From Octopus vulgaris (Eukaryota): a stretch of DNA of 64,000 bases. Shown piece after piece: positions 25,952-64,000 of this stretch (position 1 is its first letter; every line of letters begins with the position of its first letter). The position numbers and the translations under genes were made by a program. The notes beneath the pieces are model-generated. The model was not told the origin of the DNA. It saw only the letters and a list, made by a program, of their open reading frames with translations, and ran no database searches. Location: positions 10,788,001 to 10,852,000 of the forward strand of contig OX597825.1 of assembly GCA_951406725.2 (NCBI GenBank), in the 5' to 3' direction.

Positions 25952-27711
25952 TAAATTGCTACTAACTTGATTAACTGTGCTACTGACTCATCATCTTTAC
26001 CAATGGGTTTATACCATGTCATGACAAAATCTCTAATTGACAGATCGATTACTTCAAGAATGGCCAAATCCAAGTTCTGTGATGTTACCACTTTCCTCTG
26101 TTTTGAGAGAAGAGCCATTTTCTTTTTCTGCAAATGAAAGAGATAACAAAAAGAGGAGTAAAGAAATGAAAAAAGAAAAATAAAAACTTTAGCAATTAGG
26201 TGTAGGAGTGGCTGTGTGGTAAGTAGCTTGCTTACGAACCACATGGTTCTGGGTTCAGCCCCACTGCGTGGCACCTTGGGCAAGTGTCTTCTACTATAGC
26301 CTCGGGCTGACCAAAGCCTTGTGAGTGGACTTGGTAGGTGGAAACTGAAAGAAGCCCGTCATATATATATGTATATATATATATGTATGTGTGTATATGT
26401 ATGTGTGTCTGTGCTTGTCTTCCCCCAACATCGCTTGACAACTGATGCTGGTGTGTTTACGTCCCCGTAACTGAGCAGTTTGGCAAAAGAGACTGATAGA
26501 ATAAGTACTAGGCTTACAAAGAAGTCCTAGGGTCGATTTGCTCAACTAAAGGCGGTGCTCCTGTATGGCCACAGTCAAATGACTGAAACAAGTAAAAGTG
26601 TAATTATTTCACATAACGTTTCATGGGTGCCTTTAACTTCCCAAGACTCTCCACTAGAAGTAGAGATGGGATGGTCACAGCTGAAACACTTTTTATTGTA
26701 CATCTGCTCATTCAAGGCTGGCCTGAGACTAAAAAATACTTAATTTCAACTTTTGACAATGTTTGCAGTGAAACATGGGCTGTGACTGCCAAGGACATGT
26801 GACAGCCTGAAAGAAATAAAGCTAGTATGCTTTGCTGGATCTGCACTGTCAGTGTGCATGTAGAACAGAGTGTAAGCATCTTGAGAGAAAAATTGGGTAT
26901 AAGAGGCATCAGATGTGATGAGCAAGAGAGAAGACTGTGCTGGTATGGTCATGTGATGCATACGAGCGAGGACAGCTGCGTAAAGAGGTGCCGATCTCTA
27001 ACTATGAAGGGAACCAGGAAGACACGAGACAAGGTGATGAAGCATGATCTTTTGAATGTTGGGCCTCAGGGAGATGATGACAAGTGACCAAGATCTCTGG
27101 TGATTTGCTGTGCTTGAGAAGACTCACCATGCCATGTGAAATTGTAGTCATGGCTGATTCTGGTGACATATAAAAGCACCCACTACACTCTTGGAATGGT
27201 TAGCATTAGGAAGGGCATCCAGCTGTAGAAACATAGCCAGATCAGACTGGAACCCTGTACAGTTCTCTAGGTTACCATTTTCAATCGAATCATCTAATTC
27301 ATGCCAGAATGGAAAGCAGACACTAAATAATGATGATGATGGTGATGGTGGTGGTGAGGATAGTAATGATGATGATGATGATGGTGATGGTGATGATGAT
27401 GATGATAATGATGATGATGATGATGATTCATTCTTCATTAGTTTTAAAAGTGAAATGTATTTTTCTTTAAAAAACAGAATGCTTACCTTGACTTTCTGAA
27501 CCAGAAGCCCTAGGAAACTCGAAGTCTGAGGAGGTAATGCTGTACGGTAAAATGGGCTTCTGTCAATGAACCATCGCACTCCGACCGACACGCCAAGGAG
27601 GCAGACCGATGCGTAGAGCAATGTGAAGGAGATATAGCTAAACAAACCATGGCGCCAAAATACTGCAAGTGCCACACCTCCAAGACTGAAAGCCAGGGAC
27701 AATCTCTTCAT
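1766..27711 (-). CDS. SNX25: Sorting nexin 25-like (TM-PXA-RGS-PX; PXC C-terminus beyond left edge), 17 coding exons in window, ~749 codons, 3'-partial
   Basis: Manual splicing with GT-AG and consistent phases. Exons 27487-27711, 25967-26127, 24822-24953, 23374-23552, 21780-21966, 21182-21255, 20807-20883, 20036-20149, 18984-19075, 16492-16531, 15689-15808, 13988-14129, 12690-12862, 11367-11507, 9179-9322, 7440-7553, 1766-1899. Motifs: PXA ([32 protein letters not shown]), SNX25-type [31 protein letters not shown] ([24 protein letters not shown]), PX ([24 protein letters not shown]). Confidence 0.9.
2080..2718 (+). mobile_element. CR1/L2-group LINE reverse-transcriptase fragment with inverted duplication
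   Basis: [28 protein letters not shown] on +; inverted copy on - continues to SYTDDTK (YxDD motif). Confidence 0.75.
4063..7396. repeat. Hierarchical palindromic tandem array: 32-bp unit in forward and inverted blocks alternating with AT-rich TTTTCGAAAA blocks
   Basis: Unit aaaatcacaaagtatggaaggccagcggtgcc; inversion centres near 4728, 5633, 6349, 7242; ~1.65-kb higher-order duplication. Confidence 0.92.
7440..7553 (-). CDS. SNX25: SNX25 coding exon 16 (PX)
   Basis: tgacag|[26 protein letters not shown]|gtaagt, 114 nt. Confidence 0.88.
7878..8097. mobile_element. Mariner-type MITE
   Basis: Imperfect TIRs tatgaggcagtgttgaaaacttcctgg / ccaggaactttacagaacctccttgta with TA ends. Confidence 0.5.
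9179..9322 (-). CDS. SNX25: SNX25 coding exon 15 (PX)
   Basis: taacag|[36 protein letters not shown]|gtaaat, 144 nt. Confidence 0.88.
10211..10340. repeat. AT-rich palindrome inserted in (TA)n
   Basis: ~50-bp arms aaattagaaaa..caccttttatcaattcaattatgaaaaattaaa and its reverse complement. Confidence 0.7.
10617..11320. mobile_element. Three tandem ~220-bp TTAA-flanked MITEs (piggyBac-like)
   Basis: Each unit TTAACCCT...AGGGTTAA, separated by (c/t)aaatgattaat. Related TTAACCC..GGGTTAA elements near 7612-7837, 8336-8560, 18101-18304, 60459-61021. Confidence 0.65.
11367..11507 (-). CDS. SNX25: SNX25 coding exon 14
   Basis: ttccag|[31 protein letters not shown]|gtaagc, 141 nt. Confidence 0.88.
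12690..12862 (-). CDS. SNX25: SNX25 coding exon 13
   Basis: ttgtag|..[25 protein letters not shown]|gtgggt, 173 nt. Confidence 0.85.
13988..14129 (-). CDS. SNX25: SNX25 coding exon 12 (RGS end)
   Basis: ttgcag|[30 protein letters not shown]...|gtaaga, 142 nt. Confidence 0.88.
14750..15640 (-). mobile_element. RTE-type LINE RT remnant interrupted by a tRNA-derived SINE (~15025-15430)
   Basis: Minus-strand [10 protein letters not shown] and [10 protein letters not shown] fragments flanking the SINE. Confidence 0.55.
15689..15808 (-). CDS. SNX25: SNX25 coding exon 11
   Basis: ttacag|[15 protein letters not shown]...MESFVLGDT|gtaagt, 120 nt. Confidence 0.87.
16492..16531 (-). CDS. SNX25: SNX25 coding exon 10
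   Basis: ttgtag|[13 protein letters not shown]|gtaggt, 40 nt, restores phase. Confidence 0.82.
16985..17830 (-). mobile_element. RTE-type LINE 3' remnant containing a minisatellite
   Basis: [36 protein letters not shown]-terminal RTE-like residues; related + strand fragment at ~26750-27130. Confidence 0.55.
17166..17377. repeat. 21-bp minisatellite, ~10 copies
   Basis: cctcctctcttacatctggtt repeated. Confidence 0.9.
18984..19075 (-). CDS. SNX25: SNX25 coding exon 9 (RGS start)
   Basis: ccacag|[30 protein letters not shown]|gtaagt, 92 nt. Confidence 0.88.
20036..20149 (-). CDS. SNX25: SNX25 coding exon 8
   Basis: ttttcag|[20 protein letters not shown]...PGQK|gtaagt, 114 nt. Confidence 0.9.
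20807..20883 (-). CDS. SNX25: SNX25 coding exon 7
   Basis: ttcag|..[16 protein letters not shown]|gtaagg, 77 nt. Confidence 0.88.
21182..21255 (-). CDS. SNX25: SNX25 coding exon 6
   Basis: tgtag|[24 protein letters not shown]|gtaaat, 74 nt. Confidence 0.88.
21780..21966 (-). CDS. SNX25: SNX25 coding exon 5
   Basis: cttctag|[19 protein letters not shown]...CLKQLR|gtaaga, 187 nt. Confidence 0.9.
22104..22433 (+). mobile_element. ~330-nt structured, hammerhead-containing non-autonomous retroelement (retrozyme-like) with 25-bp target-site duplication
   Basis: Exact direct repeat aaattgacagtatacaaccattcta at 22079-22103 and 22434-22458; extensive internal base pairing; hammerhead core at 22251-22297. 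Confidence 0.7.
22251..22297 (+). ncRNA. Type I hammerhead ribozyme motif (U4C core variant)
   Basis: TCTAGA-CCGATGA-TGGG(caaaga)CCTA-GAAAC-ATGCGT-GTC|TCTAGA: stems I, II and III all pair; GUC cleavage triplet. Confidence 0.7.
23374..23552 (-). CDS. SNX25: SNX25 coding exon 4
   Basis: ..[47 protein letters not shown]|gtaagc, 179 nt. Confidence 0.88.
24822..24953 (-). CDS. SNX25: SNX25 coding exon 3
   Basis: ctcacag|..[39 protein letters not shown]..|gtaagt, 132 nt. Confidence 0.88.
25470..25950 (+). mobile_element. R4/Dong-clade non-LTR retrotransposon 3' remnant (restriction-like endonuclease) with (AAT)n tail
   Basis: [69 protein letters not shown]; stops present; (AAT)n at 25905-25950. 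Confidence 0.75.
25967..26127 (-). CDS. SNX25: SNX25 coding exon 2 (PXA start)
   Basis: tttgcag|KKKMALLSK...[23 protein letters not shown]|gttagt, 161 nt. Confidence 0.88.
26199..26600 (+). mobile_element. tRNA-derived SINE family 1 (representative copy)
   Basis: A box TGGCTGTGTGG and B box GGTTCAGCCCC, internal (TA/TG)n. Other copies ~15025-15430(-), 28915-29322(-), 31190-31668(-), 52570-52940(+). Confidence 0.8.
27487..27711 (-). CDS. SNX25: SNX25 coding exon 1 (ATG; two hydrophobic TM segments)
   Basis: [12 protein letters not shown]...LLVQKVK then GTAAGC; in-frame TGA just upstream of the ATG; probable acceptor ttttaag| before 27731. Confidence 0.8.
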
Positions 27712-28659
27712 TATATCAACAATTCATTGTCCTTAAAAGGAAATAACAAAATAGGCATTTTAGAAATAATCTGGAAAATATTCAGTTCTATTGCACATTT
27801 CACATTAGAAGCACTAACATATTTTTTTCTACCTTTAAGGACCATTTGCACATTCATAACTACAAAACTATATATATTTATAGTTATAAAAAGGAAGTTT
27901 GAAAATGCCACTATATAAGATACATTTAAATTTTCTCAGAGATTTTACATGTTTTGGTTCTTCTTGAAAAAACGAACCTTATCAAAAATATTTTTAAAAG
28001 TTAAGTGTAATAAAAAAGTTCATAATTGTTTCTTACTAGTCTCAACAGAGTCCACGTGGTGGTGTTTTGTGAGGGAGAGCATAATGGCTGTGAGTTAACT
28101 AGAATCGTTGGCTGTATAGTTATATTTATATCTGCTAAAACGATATCATAATACTGTTGTCCTTATGTATACTTGACCTGGGGTGAAAACAATAAAACAA
28201 CTTGGTAGCCTTCTCAGATCATCACGGGACACGTGATATCATCATCATCATCATCATCGTTTAGCGTCCGCTTTCCATGCTAGCATGGGTTGGACGGGTC
28301 AACTGGGGTCTGTGAAGCTGGAAGGCTTCGTCAGGCCCAGTCAGATCTGGCAGTGTTTCTATGGCTGGATGCCCTTCCTAACGCCAACCACTCCGCGAGT
28401 GTAGTGGGTGTTTTTTACGTGCCACCTGCACAGGTGCCAGACAGAGCTGGCAAACGGCCACGAACGGATGGTGCTTTTACGTGTCACCGGCACGGGGCCA
28501 GGCGATGCTGGCAACGGACATGAACGGATGGTGCTTTTACGTGCCACCGACACGGTTGCCAGACAGAGCTGGCAACCGGCCACGAGCGGACGGTGCTTTT
28601 ACGTGTCACCGGCACGGGGGCCAGCCGAGGCTGGCAACGGACACGGACGGATGGTGCTT

Positions 28660-29650
28660 AACTGCAAAAACATCACAAAAAACTGCTACTCATTCCCATT
28701 CGTTGGACAGTTGTGATACAGAATACTATATTCTGAATATATATAGTATTCTGAATGACAACTGTCTGACGAATGGGAACGTGAAACTCTGAGTAACAGC
28801 TTTTGCAGCTTTAATAGTAAAGCATATTACTCTACCCCCAGTACTCGATTACTATTTTCTCCCTACCTTGTTTCACATTTATGTGCTTACTATGGTATAT
28901 ATATATCTCTCTTTTTTTTCTTTTACTCTCTTTTACTTGTTTCAGTCATTTGACTGCGGTCATGCTGGAACACCGCCTTTGGTCGAGCAACTCGACCCCG
29001 GGACTTATTCTTTGTAAGCCTAGTACTTATTCTATCGGTCCCTTTTGACGAACCGCTAAGTTACGGGGACATAAACTCACCACCATCGGTTGTCAAGCAA
29101 TGCTAGGGGGACAAACACAGACACACAAACATATACACACACATACATATACACATATATGACAGGCTTCTTTCAGTTTCTGTCTACCAAATCCACTCAC
29201 AAGGCATTAGTCGGCCCAAGGCTATAGCAGAAGATACTTGCCCAAGATCCCACGCAGTGGGACTGAACCCAGAACCATGTGGTTGGTAAGCAAGCTACTT
29301 ACCACACAGCTACTCCTGCGCCTACACTATCATATATATATATGATAGTGTATGAAATATATATGCATGCTAACCACTTATATAAATTTAATAAATTTTA
29401 CCCTCGTATTTATAAAGTTATATACACACTGAAGTACCAGAGTAAGTATATAAATGTGAAACAAGGTGGAAAAAATAGTATTCAAATACCGGAGGTAGGG
29501 TAAAATGCTTTATTAATAAAGCTGCAAAGACGTCACAAAAACTGTTAGTCAGAGTTTCACGTTCCCGCTCATCTGACTGAGTTGAGAAACCAAAACTGTC
29601 CACCGAATGGGAACGTGAAACTCTGAGTAACAGTTTTTGCGATGTCTTCA
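28660..29650. repeat. ~230-bp inverted arms (28660-28900 / 29434-29650) flanking a SINE
   Basis: aaagcatattactctacccccagtac..ccttgtttcacatttat matches the reverse complement of ataaatgtgaaacaagg..gtagggtaaaatgcttt; each arm also contains an internal palindrome. Confidence 0.65.
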
Positions 29651-30004
29651 AATATGCTCAGGGAAATATTCGAACCTGCAAGAAAGCCATTCACTGTATT
29701 TTGTCATGGAGAAAAATTTCTCGCTGTAGACAGCGGGTTCGAATACGGGCAATCTTTCGTTTTAACTCGAAGGAGTGTACGCACAGCTCAGCTGCGAGTT
29801 ATATCGAAGGATAGCTCGAATATGCGTTGAGCATATTTGAACTGGCAACAAGTTTGGGCATAACTTCGGTATAAGTACCTGATGCATTTCAAGAAAGTGC
29901 TTTTTTTTATATAGGGGGGGTTAAGGTTAGGGGTGGGAGAAAAGGGTTTCTCTTATCTTCAGAACTGTAAACAAAGTCACGTGTGTACCTATACCGAAGG
30001 ATCG

Positions 30005-30042
<38 letters not shown>

Positions 30043-31456
30043 TATCTTAATCTTATATATATTGAATTTTAATGTATATATGTATGCTATTATGGTTCTT
30101 GTTTTGTTAAATAAATAAGTCAACTTTCTAATATCCTAAAGCTGATAAACCAATTAAATTGTTTCTCCATTTTCTTATTTGTATTATATATATATATGTA
30201 TATATCACCGTGACGGACCAGGCTATCAGATGTTGCTACAGATCGCTGGTCACAATGCGCTTCGCATTGTTTTAGCCTTCAAATGACGCCACCCCGCTGG
30301 CTAAGCGAGCAGGCCAATATATATATGAATGAATGAATGAGGGTCAAACGAAACAAAAGGGCACTCAACACACATAGTAGGAGTTACATGTATTATTTAA
30401 AATAGTTTGCTTCGGTTCTATGCGGCTTAGTTTCGCAGGCCCCTAATAGGCCATCTCTTTTAGGCTTCAGACGTGTTTGCTTGTATGTATGGTTCTTAAG
30501 ACAAGTGCTGGTAAGGGTTTAATATATATTTCTTTACTACCCACAAGGGGCTAAACACAGAGGGGACAAACAAGGACAGACACACGGATTAAGTCGATTA
30601 GATCGACTCCAGTGCGTAACTGGTACTTATTTAATAGACCCCGAAAGGATGAAAGGCAAAGTCGACCTCGGCGGAATTTGAACTCAGAACGTAACCGCAG
30701 ACGAAATACGGTTACGCATTCCGCCAAGCATGCTAACGGTTCTGCCAGCTCGTAAGGGTTTAAAATATTTATCAAAAAAGTCGCTGCTTAGACGACGATC
30801 GTCTTTATTTACTATTTGTGGGTGGGGCAAATAATTAAATACACAATTACTCCAGTCATGAAGCTATACATGCTTTCTTTTTTCTGAAACGAAATCTAAG
30901 AACCAGTTACATCGTTATTTTTCAAAAACTGCATTAGAAAACGAAATAAACGAAGCATATATTCAATGAATTTCAATGGAATCATTTATCGATCTACGTA
31001 CGGTCTTTTCTCGTTTAATCTTGTCTGCACTTTGATCATTCTGTTTTGCTTCCGTGATCAACCGGTGTCACCCGAATCTGTCGCCGACGAAATAATTGTC
31101 TTAAAAATCAATGTGCTTCATTTTATCGATGTCGTCTCTTCTCACATCTACAGTCATTTCTACCTTTCGTAGATTGTTACTCTCTCTCTCTCTCTTTACT
31201 CTCTTTTACTTGTTTCAGTCATTTGACTGTGGCCATACTGGAGCACCGCCTTTAGTCGAGCAAATCGACCCTAGGACTTATTCTTTTATAAGCCTAGTAC
31301 TTATTCTATCGGTCATTTTTGCCGAACCGCTAGATAACGGGGACGTAAACACACCAGACTTATTTTATCGGTCTCTTTTGCCGAACCGCTAAGTAACGGG
31401 GACGTAAACACACCAGCATCGGTTGTCAAGCGATGTTGGGAGGACAAACGCAGACT

Positions 31457-31506
<50 letters not shown>

Positions 31507-33685
31507 TATACGACGGGCTTCTTTCAGTTTCCGTCTACCAAATCCACTCACAAGGCTTTGGTCGGCCCGAGGCTATAGTAGAAGGCACTTGCCCAAGGTG
31601 CCACGCAGTGCGACTGAACCCGGTACCATGTGGTTGGTAAGCAAGCTATTTACCACACAGCCACTCCTGTCTTGTGTTAAATCATTTCTTTGTAAACCAG
31701 ACTTCTAAACTTATTTTTCTTAGCTGTTGTTTTGTAGCTTCAGCTCTAAGAACCACCAGAGTGTCCTTAAAACACTGCTGTCAACTTTGGCTTTCGTTAC
31801 GAATCCCTAACCATTATTGATTTATTCTTTATTATGTATCGTAATTTACTGTAATTTAATGATTAAAACAATCATCCAAAGTCGAGGGGCAGGAATCTGT
31901 AGTTATGCCATTTTTTTTTTTACAACTGCGATTTCTGATTTTGTTTACGCGAAATTATAAAAAAGAAAAATTTGTAAGATTTGGCTGTTATTTCTAGCAG
32001 GTGGAGAGGCCTTCTAGGCTTAACACTATATGTTGGTTGAAAATCACCTAAAAATTCTTCAAGGCGGTATCCCAGCATGGCCGCAGTCCAGTGACTGAAA
32101 CAAATAAAAGATTTTTAGAAATAAAAAAAAAAGAACCAAGAAATATAACCGGGTGGGGGGGGGGGGGGGGTATAAAAAATTTCAAGAGATTTGGCTGTTA
32201 TTTCTAGCATATTGAGAGACCTTCTAGGCTTAACTTCATGGGCTGGTTGAAAATCATCTAGAAAAATTCTGGGGTCGATACAATCGACTAAAAGTTCCTC
32301 AACGTGATGCCCCAGCATGGCCGCAGTCTAACAACTGCAGCAAGTAAAAAAGTTTTGGGTCGATTCATTCAACTAATAATTCTAAAAACGAAATAAATAA
32401 ATAAATAAATAACCTATTTCTTTACCACCCACAAGGGGCTAAGACGGAATATATCGATCCCTGTGCGTAACTGGTACTTATTTTATCGACCCCGAAATGA
32501 TGAAAGGCAAAGTAGACCTCGGCGGAATTTGAAATCAGAACGTAGCGGCAGACGAAATACCTATTTCTTTATTACCCACAAGGGGCTAAACATAGAGGGG
32601 ACAAACAAGGACAGACATAGGTATTAAGTCGATTACATCGACCCCAGTGCGTAACTGGTACTTAATTTATCGACCCCGAAAGGATGAAAGGCAAAGTCGA
32701 CCTCGGCGGAATTTGAACTCAGAACGTAGAAAAATATAACCGTGGGGCTTTTGTCCGAGGAGGCGTTTTCCCTGGTGGGGGCGGATCCCACGTCATCTAC
32801 ACTTTTGGAAAATTCCCATTGCAAATGAATTAATTGAATGTAGTGAAATAATTTTAACTTCCAACGAAATTAGATATTCTTTTCTACTCGAGGCACAAGG
32901 CCCGAAATTTGAGGGAAAGGGGCCAGTCGATTAGATCGACTCCAGTGTACAACTGGTACTTAATTTATTGACCCCGAAAGGATGAAAGGCAAAGTCGACC
33001 TCGGCAGAGTTTGAACTCAGAACGTAGCGGCAGACGAAATACTTATTTCTTTACTTCCCACAAGGGGCTACACATAGAGAGGACAAACAAGGAGAGACAA
33101 AGGGATTAAGTCGATTACATCGACCCTAGTGCGTAACTGGTACTTAATTTATCGACCCTGAAAGGATGAAAGGCAAAGTCGACCTCGGCGGAGTTTGAAC
33201 TCAGAACATAAAGACAGACGAAATACTGCTAAGGATTTCACCCAGCGTGCTAACGTTTCTGCCAGCTCAGCACTGTACGGCATTTGGTCCTCTATTACTT
33301 TTGTCACTTTATCATCACAGAAGCAAGTAATGATTAAATAATTATTAAGAAAATATTGGTTAATTAAAGGAACCTGTTTCTTTGCGGCAAGATACTTTTG
33401 GAAGTTAGTGTATCTAGAATAGTCTCCCTTGTTGGTCATCTCTTTGTCAATTAATTAATTGGATTTTAATTAATAAAAAAATACAAATTTGAATGCAATA
33501 AATTATAAAATATATATTTGTAGTGATTCAGAAATGAGCTTATTCCTGTTTATGGAAGTGTGTTTGGTTTAGATCGGTCGACCAATGAATGGAATCGTAA
33601 TTGTTCTCTGTGTATATATTGACCGACCTCTGCCAGAGAAGACATAAAAACGAAGGTTGGCAAGTTGCTTCATCGCCTTCCCCCG

Positions 33686-63547
<29,862 letters not shown>

Positions 63548-63905
63548 AATGTTGACAGGCCTGCTTCTTCAGAAACGGATTCTACCAACGTTTCAAAATG
63601 ATTCCATGGTGCATTTTGCATCCATTTGTTTAAGCTTGAGATTATTGATCTAGTATTTTAGACTAGATTATTGACCTGTAATCGAAGTCTCTTTGGTTAC
63701 TCTGATAGATGAAATCATGTCAATCAATATCCCCCCCCTCTCCACTTTCAATTACATACATTCACTCTCACACACACATGCACACACACACGCGATCCTT
63801 ATTCCCTTTTGGAGAAAATTTAGCGAATTGATGAAGGAATTTGAGCTAGAGCAGTAATAGCTTATCAAATTTCACAAAATATTTTTGTAAAAGACAAATA
63901 AGCTG

Positions 63906-63911
63906 AATAAA
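63906..63911 (+). terminator. Candidate polyadenylation signal of ALDH7A1
   Basis: AATAAA ~360 nt after the stop, followed by a GT/T-rich tract (atgtgttgtactttactttt). Confidence 0.5.
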
Positions 63912-64000
63912 AGCTATATAAAAATGTGTTGTACTTTACTTTTTATTTTTATTAGTTTTTGTGTTTTGTGAATTCATCATCATCGTTTAACGTCCGCTTT

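Noticed and set aside
27711-27911. 66-aa ORF whose TAA overlaps the SNX25 ATG (TAATG)
   Set aside because: Mostly intronic, AT-rich and without recognisable homology; only the part downstream of the acceptor would be in the mRNA.
29860-29999. ATAACTTCGGTATA resembling a loxP half-site, with a short inverted partner at 29985-29999
   Set aside because: It has one extra base and the spacing is wrong; most likely a chance match within a small repeat element.

Overview
AT-rich, repeat-dense metazoan genomic DNA. The SINE repertoire, (TA)n/(CAT)n microsatellites and intron style suggest an octopod cephalopod (inference). Two multi-exon genes lie head-to-head. On the minus strand, an SNX25-type RGS-PX sorting nexin has 17 coding exons at 27711->1766 and continues off the left edge. 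On the plus strand, a complete ALDH7A1/antiquitin gene has 19 coding exons at 33686-63547 (550 aa). All exons were joined by hand with GT-AG sites and consistent phases. Introns carry tRNA-derived and RTE-tailed SINEs, CR1/RTE/R4 LINE remnants, mariner-, MULE-, Merlin- and piggyBac-like MITEs and a Helitron. The most unusual features are: (i) a ~330-nt highly structured element at 22104-22433, flanked by a 25-bp direct repeat, with a type I hammerhead ribozyme at the tip of a long G-U-tolerant rod (retrozyme-like); (ii) several further hammerhead motifs in Penelope-like inverted ends; (iii) a 3.3-kb hierarchical palindromic satellite/foldback array at 4063-7396; (iv) a duplicated, stop-containing copy of ALDH7A1 exon 3 inside intron 5. 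All structures were read by eye; no folding or database searches were run.
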